Shown: piece by piece, positions 29,983-39,112 of the stretch
How positions within the stretch are numbered: the stretch's first letter is position 1
Layout of the letters: the number at the start of each line of letters is the position of its first letter
Assembly (NCBI GenBank): GCA_040218735.1
Contig: JAVJQW010000038.1
Location: 96,001-160,000, forward strand
Reading direction: 5' to 3'
DNA length: 64,000 bases
Origin: Deltaproteobacteria bacterium
GTDB taxonomy: Bacteria; Myxococcota; Kuafuiibacteriia; Kuafuiibacteriales; Kuafuiibacteriaceae
Program-made: the position numbers and the translations under genes
Notes under the pieces: model-generated
Databases searched by the model: none
Told to the model about the DNA's origin: nothing
What the model saw: only the letters and a program-made list of their open reading frames with translations

Positions 29983-31233
29983 TCAAGAACGGATCTCGCC
30001 GTGGCCGTACACGACGAGCTTTTCGGTCGTCAGCTCGGTCACGGACATCGGCCCGTAGGCGTGCATCCGTGACGTCGAGATCCCCATCTCTGCACCGAGG
30101 CCGAGCTCCCCGCCGTCGTTGAAGCGGGTCGAGGCGTTCCAGAGGACACAGGAGGCGTCCACTTCACCGAGGAACCGCTCCGCGGCGCCCGCGTCGGCGG
30201 TGACGATCGAGGCGGTGTGGTTCGTCCCGTGGGCCGCGATGTGGTCGAGCGCCGCGTCGAGGTCGGGCACCGCGCGGATCGCGAGGACGAGCTCGAGGAA
30301 CTCGGTGTCCCAGTCCTGGTCCGACGCTTCGCCGGCCGTGACCCCGGCGGACTTCAGCGCGGCGTGGCTCGCGGCGTCCGCGCGCAGCTCGACGCCCGCT
30401 TCGGCGAGGCGCGGTCCGACGGCGGCCAAGAGCGGCGCGACCTGGTCCTGGTGGACGAGCAAGGTCTCCATCGCGTTGCACACGCCCGGGCGATGCACCT
30501 TCGCGTTGAACGCGATGTCCGCGGCCATCGCGGTGTCCGCGGCCGCGTCGACGTAGACGTGGCAGATGCCTTGGCCGTGTCGGATGACCGGGACGCGTGC
30601 GTGTTGGTCGACCATCGTCATCAACCCGTGGCCGCCGCGCGGGATCACGAGGTCGACGTACCCCGTCGCGCCGAGGAGCGCGGCGACGTCTTCGCGGGAG
30701 GACTTGTCGAGCACGATGACGGCGTCGTCGGGTGCGCCGACCGCCGCGAGGCCCGCCGCGACCGCGTCGCCGATCGCACGGTTGCTGCGCTGCGCTTCGC
30801 GCCCGCCGCGGAGGACGACGGCGTTCCCGGACTTGATCGTGAGCGCGGCGCACTCCGCGGTCACGTTCGGGCGCGCCTCGTAGACGATCGCGACGACCCC
30901 CAGCGGGATGCGTCGCCGCGTGACCCGAATGCCGGAGCGCCCCGTCCCGATCTCGCGGCGGGCGGCGAGCGGGTCCGGCTGCGCACGGACCTCCCGCACC
31001 GCGCGCGCGATGTTCGCGACGCGCGCCGCGTCGAGGCGGAGCCGGTCGCGCAGCGCGTTCGAGATGTCGGTCGCGGCGGCGAGGTCTTCGGCGTTCGCGG
31101 CGAGGATGTTGTCGGCGTCGGTTTCGATCGCGGCCGCGATCGCTTCGAGCGCCGCGTCGCGTGCGGCGGCGTCGAGCTTGGCGATCGCCCGCGCGCCGCG
31201 TTTCGCGCGCTTCAGGATCTCGAGGACATCCAT
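29983..31233 (-). CDS. proA: gamma-glutamyl phosphate reductase
   Basis: YEARPNVT, IPRGG, VCNAMETLL, NASTRF.DG, GISTS. Confidence 0.97.
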   Translation of the reverse strand: MDVLEILKRAKRGARAIAKLDAAARDAALEAIAAAIETDADNILAANAEDLAAATDISNALRDRLRLDAARVANIARAVREVRAQPDPLAARREIGTGRSGIRVTRRRIPLGVVAIVYEARPNVTAECAALTIKSGNAVVLRGGREAQRSNRAIGDAVAAGLAAVGAPDDAVIVLDKSSREDVAALLGATGYVDLVIPRGGHGLMTMVDQHARVPVIRHGQGICHVYVDAAADTAMAADIAFNAKVHRPGVCNAMETLLVHQDQVAPLLAAVGPRLAEAGVELRADAASHAALKSAGVTAGEASDQDWDTEFLELVLAIRAVPDLDAALDHIAAHGTNHTASIVTADAGAAERFLGEVDASCVLWNASTRFNDGGELGLGAEMGISTSRMHAYGPMSVTELTTEKLVVYGHGEIRS

Positions 31234-31255
31234 CCCGCCGGGTTTAGCAGGTGAA

Positions 31256-32383
31256 TCAGAGGAGGACGAGATCGTCCTTGTGCACCACGGCGTCGCCGGT
31301 CGTGAACCCGAGGACCTGCGAGATCTCGCCGCTGGGCAGCCCCATGATCTGGCGCAGCTGGTCCGCGGAGTAGCGCGACAGGCCCCGCGCGAAGGTGCGC
31401 GGCTTCGGGCCGTGGTCGCGCGCGACCTCGATGGGGTCGCCCTCGGCGAAGTCGCCGACGACGCTGGTGATGCCCGTCGAAAGCAAGCTGCGTTTCTCGC
31501 CGAGCGCCTTCTCGGCCCCGGCGTCCACCACGATCGTCCCGACCGGGCGCAGCGCGTGGGCGATCCAGTGGGCGCGGCTCTTGAGCTTGGTCTTGTCCTG
31601 GTCGGGGACGATCAGCGTGCCGACGTCCTCGCCGTCCAGGAGCGCTTCGAGCTGCCCGGGCGCCTTGCCCTCGAGGATGGCGACGTACGCGCCGCGCGCG
31701 CACGCGACACGGGCCGCGCGGATCTTGGAGATCATGCCGCCGGTTCCGAAGCGCGAGGAGCGCCCGGTCGCGAGGGTGTCGAGGAGGTCGTCGCCCGCGT
31801 GGGCTTCTGGGATCCGCAGGCCGCTCGGGTTCACGACGCCCGGCGCGACCGACAGCATCACGAGGAGCCGCGCGTCCACCAGGTTGCTCACGTGGGCCGC
31901 GAGCTCGTCGTTGTCGCCGACGGCGATCTCCTCGAACGAGACGGTGTCGTTTTCGTTGACGATCGCGATGGCGCGCCGCCGCTCGAGCTCCCCGAGCGCG
32001 CGGCGCGCGTTGAGGAAGCGTTTGCGGTTCGCGAGGTCGGCGTGGGTGAGGAGGACCTGCGCCACCGGGACGTCGTGTTTGCGGAACGCGGACGACCACG
32101 CTTCGACGAGCTTCGACTGCCCGATCGCCGCCGCCGCCTGCAGGCCCGCCATCGTGCGCGGGCGTTGTTTCAGCCCGAGGATGCCCATCCCGACCGCGAT
32201 CGCGCCCGACGACACCACGTACGGCCACCGCCGCAGCCCGACGATCGGCGCGATCTCGTTCGCGAGCCGCCGGATGGTCTTGGGATCGAGGCGCCCCTCG
32301 CCGTCCGTGAGGACGCCGGAGCCGATCTTCACCACGACCCGCCCGGTGCGGACGAGTTTCTTCAGGTCGCCCCGCGTGGACAT
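31256..32383 (-). CDS. proB: glutamate 5-kinase
   Basis: VVKIGS, VSSGAI, NENDTV, GDND, GTGGM, C-terminal PUA domain. Confidence 0.97.
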   Translation of the reverse strand: MSTRGDLKKLVRTGRVVVKIGSGVLTDGEGRLDPKTIRRLANEIAPIVGLRRWPYVVSSGAIAVGMGILGLKQRPRTMAGLQAAAAIGQSKLVEAWSSAFRKHDVPVAQVLLTHADLANRKRFLNARRALGELERRRAIAIVNENDTVSFEEIAVGDNDELAAHVSNLVDARLLVMLSVAPGVVNPSGLRIPEAHAGDDLLDTLATGRSSRFGTGGMISKIRAARVACARGAYVAILEGKAPGQLEALLDGEDVGTLIVPDQDKTKLKSRAHWIAHALRPVGTIVVDAGAEKALGEKRSLLSTGITSVVGDFAEGDPIEVARDHGPKPRTFARGLSRYSADQLRQIMGLPSGEISQVLGFTTGDAVVHKDDLVLL

Positions 32384-32384
32384 G

Positions 32385-33338
32385 TCACTCTTCGGACTTC
32401 GCGCCGTCCTTCTTGCCGCCGATGACGGTGCTGGTGCGTGTACCGCCGTCCAGGAACGCGAGCGGGTCGAGGTCGACGGGGCGGTGTTTGATCGTCGGGA
32501 CGAAGTCCTTCGGCTTCACCTCCGCGCCTTCGATCGTCTCGATCGTGTAGTCGAGCGCGAGCTTCAGGCGCCCCACCTTCTGGTCCGCCTTCGCGGGCGG
32601 GATCTCCAGCTCACCGCGCAGCTTCACCTGAATCGGCACGCCGGTCTTCTCGTCGATGAAGAGCGAGCCGGACAGCGACACCGGCTTCTTCTTGCCCTTC
32701 ATCCCGGGCACCTCGACGTACTCCGAACCGTCGCGAAGCTCGAACGCGTACTTGGCGGCGCCGCGCCCCTTCACGGTGGCGGCGCCCTCCTTGCGCAGGC
32801 CGACGCGCGGACCGAAGTAACTCGTGTACACGCGCAGCGGCTGCCACGCTTCGTCGAGCATCTCCAAGTGACGGTGCTCGACGAGCCCCTGCACCCGCAT
32901 CTTGCCGGGGCCGTTGCGCACGTACATCACGCCGCCGTTGTAGACGAGCTCGCGCGCGATCGCGTCGTCCTTGTCCTTCTGCAGGACGCGGAAGCTCCCG
33001 TGCAGGCCGTGCTCGATGTGCGTCTTCTCCACGAGGTCGAGCTGGTGTTTGTTGCGCACCAGCGTGAAGCGCGCGGTCCCGTCGTACGCGATGAACCCCA
33101 TGCGCGCGACGGCCTCCTCGTAGCGCATGTTCAGCACACGCTGCAGGAGGTCGGGGCGCTCACCGACGAGGTAGGCGTCGATCGGGTTCTTCGCCCGCTC
33201 CAGCATCTCGGCGGCGATCTTCTCGCGGCCCCAGACCCGGACGCCCTCCTTGGACATCTTCTCGCCGTCGCTGCAGCCACCGCAGGACACGAGGCCCATG
33301 GCGAGGGACGACACGACGAGGCGACCGAGGACGTTCAC
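32385..33338 (-). CDS. hypothetical lipoprotein
   Basis: LVSC-GGC lipobox-like N-terminus; stop 1 nt from the proB start. Confidence 0.65.
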   Translation of the reverse strand: MNVLGRLVVSSLAMGLVSCGGCSDGEKMSKEGVRVWGREKIAAEMLERAKNPIDAYLVGERPDLLQRVLNMRYEEAVARMGFIAYDGTARFTLVRNKHQLDLVEKTHIEHGLHGSFRVLQKDKDDAIARELVYNGGVMYVRNGPGKMRVQGLVEHRHLEMLDEAWQPLRVYTSYFGPRVGLRKEGAATVKGRGAAKYAFELRDGSEYVEVPGMKGKKKPVSLSGSLFIDEKTGVPIQVKLRGELEIPPAKADQKVGRLKLALDYTIETIEGAEVKPKDFVPTIKHRPVDLDPLAFLDGGTRTSTVIGGKKDGAKSEE

Positions 33339-33387
33339 GACGACAAGCGCCCTATCACGACCCGCTTCGGGGCGTCGAGATCGACCG

Positions 33388-34122
33388 TCACGGCGCTTTA
33401 CGTCCGATCACGATGTATTGCCGCGGCAGCGTCTCCTCGACGACCTCCGCTTCGAGGCCGCCCGCCTTCAGCTCCTCGATCACCTTCGCGGCCGGGAGGC
33501 GGTGCTCCGGCGGCGGGCCCTCGGGGCTGTCCTTCGTGAAGTCGACGATCACCACCTGCCCGCCGGGCGCGAGGCCCGCCGCGAGCTTTTCGGTGTACGC
33601 GACGCGCCCGTCGATGTGGTGCCAGGTGTCGACGATCAAGACGCGGTCGACGCCGCCCGCGGGGAGCTTCGGGTCGTCATAGGGGATCTGGTCCACGGTG
33701 ACGTTGCCGAGGCCGTCCTTCTCCACGCGCGCCTTCATGTACGCGACGAGGTTCGCCTCGACGTCGAGCGCGAGCACCTGGCCCGACGCACCGACCGCCT
33801 TCGATAGGTACGGAAGGAAGTAACCCGTGCCCGCACCGATGTCCGCGACCGTCGCCCCGCTGTCGACCGTCGCGGCCTTCACGACCTCGGCCGGCTTCTG
33901 CCACGCGTCGCGCTTTGGATCGTCGAAGCGCTTCGCCCACTTCTCGGCGTCGTCGAAGCGGTGATGGAACCCTTCGCCGCCCTTGCCGTGATGTTCGCCG
34001 TGGCCGTGGTGTTCGCCGTGACCGTGTTCGTGCGCGGCGGGCGCGCTCGCCGGGCCGTCCTTCTGCGTAGAGCTGCAGCCGAGCACGAGGGTCATAGAGG
34101 CGAGAGCGTACTTCGCATTCAC
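33388..34122 (-). CDS. class I SAM-dependent methyltransferase with lipoprotein signal and His-rich linker
   Basis: LVLGC; HEHGHGEHHGHGEHHG; RDAWQKP; VADIGAGTGYF. Confidence 0.85.
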   Translation of the reverse strand: MNAKYALASMTLVLGCSSTQKDGPASAPAAHEHGHGEHHGHGEHHGKGGEGFHHRFDDAEKWAKRFDDPKRDAWQKPAEVVKAATVDSGATVADIGAGTGYFLPYLSKAVGASGQVLALDVEANLVAYMKARVEKDGLGNVTVDQIPYDDPKLPAGGVDRVLIVDTWHHIDGRVAYTEKLAAGLAPGGQVVIVDFTKDSPEGPPPEHRLPAAKVIEELKAGGLEAEVVEETLPRQYIVIGRKAP

Positions 34123-34144
34123 GGCGCGCTGCTTAGCAGCGGGG

Positions 34145-34882
34145 CTACTCGTCGTCGAGCAGGAGCGTCGTCGAAGACGGGAGCAGCGGCGTGTTCGACG
34201 GCGCGGAGCGCCCGATCAGCGGCGCGAGCATCATGCCCATCGTGCCGGACACCGTCCCCGCGAGGGTCGCGTGGTAGGCGTCCCAGAGCAGCTCTTGAAG
34301 CAGCGTCGGCGCCGGCGTCATGAACCAGGTGATCAGCGCCTGCAGGAACACCAGCGTGAACCCGAAACCGAAGCCGGCCGAGAAGCTCCGGAAGATGCTC
34401 CGGAACATGGTGCGCATGCGGCGGCGGAGCGTCGGCCGGCGCCCGAGGTCCTTCATCCCGGCGAGCGCCGCGCGCTCCCAGAGGCGGCGCCCGGTGCGCC
34501 ACGCGATCGGGACGGGGAGGAGGAACGACAGCCCCGCGAGCCAACCGAAGCCGTGTTCGATCGCGTACAGCGGGATGAGCATCGTCATCCACAGCGAGCC
34601 GATGCCGAGGCCGTAGAGCGCGCCGAGCTTCCCGGTCTCGCGCATCTGCCGCCACGCATGTTTGTTGGCGAGGATCGCCTTGGCTTCGGGGTCGGGCTCG
34701 TCCTCGACGGCGTCCGCCTGGAGGATCGTTTCGATGCGGTCGCGCCAGAGGTTGTACTGCTCCGTGTCACCCGTGACGAGCAGGTGCGAGAGCATCATCG
34801 GTTCGAGTTTGGCGGGGAGAGGGCGCGGGGCGTCGTCGTCCGTGCGTGGAGCCAATGCGGTCGGTCCTTCCTCTCTCGACAT
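34145..34882 (-). CDS. hypothetical membrane protein (about 4 TM)
   Basis: Hydrophobic segments; typical codon usage; start uncertain. Confidence 0.65.
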   Translation of the reverse strand: MSREEGPTALAPRTDDDAPRPLPAKLEPMMLSHLLVTGDTEQYNLWRDRIETILQADAVEDEPDPEAKAILANKHAWRQMRETGKLGALYGLGIGSLWMTMLIPLYAIEHGFGWLAGLSFLLPVPIAWRTGRRLWERAALAGMKDLGRRPTLRRRMRTMFRSIFRSFSAGFGFGFTLVFLQALITWFMTPAPTLLQELLWDAYHATLAGTVSGTMGMMLAPLIGRSAPSNTPLLPSSTTLLLDDE

Positions 34883-35079
34883 TCGTCCGTCTGCCCGTCC
34901 TTTCGAGCGCCTCCTCATTCTATACTGCGACGGCGCCACTTTTGTTTCCGTAACCTCGGTTTTGCCGCCATCACGCGGCGAATCACCCTGAGGCACCCGT
35001 GTGGGTCTGGTGCCTCCCTTCGAAACAGAGGTCCCCGAGCCGGTTCAACCTGGGGCGCACCCCGACGATTGCTGGGGGC

Positions 35080-35841
35080 GTGGACCTCGCCACCATCATC
35101 GGAATCGTCCTCGGATTCGGTCTGATCGTCGGGTCGATCCTGATGAACGGCGAGATCACCGCGTTCATCGACCCCCCGTCGCTCCTCGTCGTCGTCGGCG
35201 GCACCATCGCCTCGACCTTGATCGCCGAGCGCGCGGGTCGCGTCCTCGCCGGCTTCAAGGTGGGGCTCAACACGGTGATCAGCAAGACGCCGGACCCGGT
35301 GGCGACCATCGCGGTCATCGGCGACCTCGCCGCCGCCGCGCGCAAGGACGGCATCCTCGCGCTCGAGAAGATGGAGGTCACCGACAAGTTCCTCGCGAAG
35401 GGTGTGCGCCTCGCGGTCGACGGCATCGCGCCCGAGGAGATCCGGTCATCGCTCGTCGGGGAGCTCATCTCTTTGAAGGCGCGCCACAAGCGCGGGCAGA
35501 AGCTGTTCCGGTTCATGTCGGGCACCGCGCCCTCGATGGGGATGATCGGGACGCTGATCGGTCTGGTGCAGATGCTCCAGGCCCTCGACGACCCGTCGGC
35601 GATCGGTCCCGCGATGGCGGTCGCGCTCCTCACCACGCTCTACGGCGCCATCGTCGCGTTCCTGGTGTGCGCGCCGATCGCGGACAAACTCGAGACCCGC
35701 ACGTCCGAGGAGACCGCGAACATGCAGATCGTCCTCGAAGGGATCGACGGCATCCTGAAGGGCGAGAACCCGAAGCTGATCCGCGAGAAGCTCGAGGGCT
35801 ACCTCGCGCCGAAGGCCCGCACCAAGGCCGAGGACAAGTAG
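35080..35841 (+). CDS. motA: stator A subunit (PomA/MotP-like)
   Basis: MDLATIIG, ARKDGILALE, GMIGTLIGLVQML, AMAVALLTTLYG. Confidence 0.9.
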   Translation: MDLATIIGIVLGFGLIVGSILMNGEITAFIDPPSLLVVVGGTIASTLIAERAGRVLAGFKVGLNTVISKTPDPVATIAVIGDLAAAARKDGILALEKMEVTDKFLAKGVRLAVDGIAPEEIRSSLVGELISLKARHKRGQKLFRFMSGTAPSMGMIGTLIGLVQMLQALDDPSAIGPAMAVALLTTLYGAIVAFLVCAPIADKLETRTSEETANMQIVLEGIDGILKGENPKLIREKLEGYLAPKARTKAEDK

Positions 35842-35847
35842 GGCGTC

Positions 35848-36612
35848 ATGTTCGACGACGACGACGACGACGGCGGGGGAGGCGGCGAAGGCGCACCCGC
35901 GTGGATGGCGACGTTCGCCGACATGGCGACGCTGCTGCTCACGTTCTTCGTGTTGCTGCTCTCGTTCGCCAACATGGACATCCAGGACTTCAAGATGGCG
36001 CTGGGCTCCGTGAAGAATGCGCTGGGGGTGAAGTCGGTCCAGCCGGGGTACTTCGAGGGCGTGACGACGAACCCGCTGCAGTTCGACGAAGAGGGGAAGG
36101 ACACGCAGGGCGAGGGCTCGGGGGTCGGCGAAGACGAGGCGATCGTGAAGATCAAGGCGCTCATCGAGAAGAAGGAGCTCGACGACCACATGACGGTCGA
36201 GATCGACGACGACAACATCGCCATGACGATCTACGACCAGTTCAAGCCGGGCTCCGCGAACCTCGAGCCGAAGAACTTCGAGGAGCTCGACCTCGCGGCG
36301 GAGCTCTGCCACGACGTCGGGACCGCGATCACCGTCGAGGGGCACACCGACGACACGCCGATCGGCCCGCCGATCATGTCGAACTGGACGCTGTCCGCGA
36401 TGCGCGCGGGTGCAGTCGCGCGTTACCTGATGGTCGCGGGACGTGTGGAGCGGGAGCGCGTCACGGTGGCCGGATACGCGGACGTGCGCCCCGAGCTCCC
36501 GAACGACTCGGACGCGAACCGCGCGAAGAATCGTCGCATCCGCATCGTGCTCGCGCGGCGGACGAAGACCACCGTCTACAAGACCAACCCGGGTTTGTGG
36601 CGGGGCGACTGA
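35848..36612 (+). CDS. motB: stator B subunit with OmpA-like peptidoglycan-binding domain (PomB/MotS-like)
   Basis: PAWMATFADMATLLLTFFVLL, EGHTDD, NWTLSAMRA, NRRI. Confidence 0.9.
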   Translation: MFDDDDDDGGGGGEGAPAWMATFADMATLLLTFFVLLLSFANMDIQDFKMALGSVKNALGVKSVQPGYFEGVTTNPLQFDEEGKDTQGEGSGVGEDEAIVKIKALIEKKELDDHMTVEIDDDNIAMTIYDQFKPGSANLEPKNFEELDLAAELCHDVGTAITVEGHTDDTPIGPPIMSNWTLSAMRAGAVARYLMVAGRVERERVTVAGYADVRPELPNDSDANRAKNRRIRIVLARRTKTTVYKTNPGLWRGD

Positions 36613-36640
36613 CCGGACGTTCGCGCGGTAGGGTGACGGT

Positions 36641-37171
36641 ATGTCCGTCGCGGTCTTGCTCCTCGCGCTCGCGTCGCCCCACGCGCTCGCCGACGACAGC
36701 GCGGTTCGGTTCACCGCGCACCAGACGTTCTCGAACACGACCGGCCACTTTCGAAAGTTCGAAGGCACGTTCGACATCGATCGCGAAGACCTCGCGGCGT
36801 CGAAGGTGCGGGTCGAGATCGACGCGGCGTCGATCGACACCGACAACGACGGACGCGACGATCACCTGCGCAACGAGGACTTCTTCCACGTCGACGAACA
36901 CCCGAAGATCGTCTTCGAGAGCACGTCGGTCACGCCGACGGCGAAGGACCGCGTGCGGGTGAAGGGGACGCTCACCGTGAAGGGCAAGAAGGTGCCGGTG
37001 ACGTTCTCGATGCAGCTGAAGTGGCGGGACGACGGTGTCGATGCGTTCGGGCGGCTGACGGTCGACCGCAACACGCTCGGACTCACCTACGAGGCGCCGT
37101 TCTACGCGCCGGCGCTGAAGCCGAACGTGAACCTGGAGCTCGACGTGAAGCTCAGGCGGCGCGGCGGGTGA
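36641..37171 (+). CDS. YceI family protein
   Basis: SIDTDNDGRDDHLRNEDFF, GTLTVKG. Confidence 0.9.
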   Translation: MSVAVLLLALASPHALADDSAVRFTAHQTFSNTTGHFRKFEGTFDIDREDLAASKVRVEIDAASIDTDNDGRDDHLRNEDFFHVDEHPKIVFESTSVTPTAKDRVRVKGTLTVKGKKVPVTFSMQLKWRDDGVDAFGRLTVDRNTLGLTYEAPFYAPALKPNVNLELDVKLRRRGG

Positions 37172-38282
37172 GCGCGACCCAGTCGACGACCATGCGGCCG
37201 CCGAGCGGGACTTCGCAGAGCAGCGCGAGCGTGATCATCGGCCCGATCGACTGAACGATCGCACCCGTCGCCACGAGCAGCGCCAACAACAGCAGCACCG
37301 CGACGTGCGCCATCAGGTACGTGCGCGCGACGGCGCGACGGGCGAGCACGACCAGCGCGAGGTGCAGCGGTGGGAACACGAGCATGTTCCAGTTCGCGTG
37401 GTAGAAGTCGTACTCCGACAGCAGCCAGAACGCCGTGTACACGAGGCCCATCGAACCCCACAGCGCGCCGAGCACCCGTGCACCGAGGGTGGGGCGCCAG
37501 ACGCCGAGGAGGATCAGCGGCAGCCCGAGCAGCAGGTAGACCTTCAGCCAGGGCCAGTCCCAGGGCGGCATGTCGGTGTACGAGAGCGAGCGGTACTCGG
37601 TGAACTTGCGGACGACGAACGGCTGGCCGTCGAAGCGCGCGCTGTCGATGATCGCGTCGACGGCCTCGGGGATGAAGATGGTGTCCCAGGCGACGATCGG
37701 GACGTCGCCCATGCCGTTCCCCATGAGGTCCATCGCGAGGTAGGTCGCCGGCTTCCAGCGCACGCGATCCAGGATCCAGTCACGGTGGGTCCCCGGCACG
37801 GGCTGCCCCGCGTGGGACTTCAGTCGACCGCCGAGGTGGCGGTCGAGGAGCTGGGCGATGCGCGTCGTGCAGTTGTCGAAGATGTGGTGGTACAGGTACG
37901 TGCGGTTCTCGGGCTTCGCGTTCTCTTCGAGGTCCTTCACGATCGCGCGGGCGACGTCGGGTTCGAACCGGAGCGTGCGACCGACGATCGTGCGGTCCTC
38001 CGCGGAGTACTCCAGGAGCAGGTCGCTGTACGGCGTGACCTTGAGGTACGCCTCGATGCGGCCCTGGACGAGGCGCATCCAGAAGTTGGGTTGCTCCATG
38101 TCGACGCCGCCGAAGTTGTAGGCGGTGTCGGTGCCGTCGGCCTCGACGACGCGTAGCGCCGCGTGGCCGAACGTCGCGTAGGCGGCTTCGCCGACGCCGA
38201 TGGTGATGAGATCGATGCGCGGCGCCGCCGCGGTCGCGGTGACCGTCGACGTCATCGCCGCCAGCAGCAGTCCCAGGCCCAT
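37152..38282 (-). CDS. DUF4105 / Lnb-like membrane protein
   Basis: FGHAALRV, YNFG, Y.YH..FDNCTT; C-terminal TM helices. Confidence 0.8.
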   Translation of the reverse strand: MGLGLLLAAMTSTVTATAAAPRIDLITIGVGEAAYATFGHAALRVVEADGTDTAYNFGGVDMEQPNFWMRLVQGRIEAYLKVTPYSDLLLEYSAEDRTIVGRTLRFEPDVARAIVKDLEENAKPENRTYLYHHIFDNCTTRIAQLLDRHLGGRLKSHAGQPVPGTHRDWILDRVRWKPATYLAMDLMGNGMGDVPIVAWDTIFIPEAVDAIIDSARFDGQPFVVRKFTEYRSLSYTDMPPWDWPWLKVYLLLGLPLILLGVWRPTLGARVLGALWGSMGLVYTAFWLLSEYDFYHANWNMLVFPPLHLALVVLARRAVARTYLMAHVAVLLLLALLVATGAIVQSIGPMITLALLCEVPLGGRMVVDWVALTRRAA

Positions 38283-38340
38283 GGCACGGCGCCATAGCGC
38301 GATGGGCGCGGCATCTCCAGCCTCGTGGCATGATCCCACC

Positions 38341-39096
38341 GTGGACCCCCTGAAGGTGGTCGGCTTCAACGTGCGCTACGGGACCGCGAAGGACGGGCCG
38401 AACGCCTGGCCGCACCGGGAGGCGCTGGTGATCCGTCACCTCGCATCGCTCGACGCGGACCTCATCGGCGCTCAGGAGGTCCTCGACTTCCAGCTCGACG
38501 CGCTCCGCGCGGGCCTCCCCGAGCACACCGCGTTCGGCGTCGGGCGCGACGACGGCGCGACGCGTGGGGAGATGGTCGCGCTCTTCTTCAGGACGGAGCG
38601 CTTCGCGCCCCTCGCGCGCGGGCACTTCTGGCTGAGCCCGAACCCGGACCGTCCCGGGCGGGGGTGGGACGCGGCGCTGCCGCGGGTCGCCGCGTGGATA
38701 CTGCTGGAAGATCGAACATCGAAACGACCGGTTCGCCTGGTCGTCACGCACTTCGACCACGCCGGTGCGAAGGCACGGGCGGCGTCGGCGCGGCTGTTGT
38801 GTGCGCGGTTCGCGGACGACGACGCGATGCCGATCGTGACCGGCGACTTCAACGACGGGCTCGACTCCGAGACCTACCGAACGCTGACGAATACGTACGT
38901 GGATACCTATCGAGCCGCGCACGACGCCGAGACGGGGGGGACGTTCCACGGGTTCGGTGCGATCCAGGTCGACGATCGCATCGATTGGATCCTGACGTCG
39001 CGTGACGTTCGTGTCCTCGCGGCGTCGGTGGAGCGGACGGCCTACGGGGGACGCTGGCCTTCCGATCACCACGCGGTGACGGCCACGCTGGCGTGA
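38341..39096 (+). CDS. endonuclease/exonuclease/phosphatase family protein
   Basis: FNVRY, GAQE, THFDH, GDFN, RIDWI, PSDH. Confidence 0.9.
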   Translation: MDPLKVVGFNVRYGTAKDGPNAWPHREALVIRHLASLDADLIGAQEVLDFQLDALRAGLPEHTAFGVGRDDGATRGEMVALFFRTERFAPLARGHFWLSPNPDRPGRGWDAALPRVAAWILLEDRTSKRPVRLVVTHFDHAGAKARAASARLLCARFADDDAMPIVTGDFNDGLDSETYRTLTNTYVDTYRAAHDAETGGTFHGFGAIQVDDRIDWILTSRDVRVLAASVERTAYGGRWPSDHHAVTATLA

Positions 39097-39112
39097 GGTC
39101 GAGCGACGTTCC

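Noticed and set aside
35080-36612. Zorya ZorAB anti-phage system
   Set aside because: The A subunit is short with no long cytoplasmic tail, and no ZorC/D/E-like genes are adjacent.
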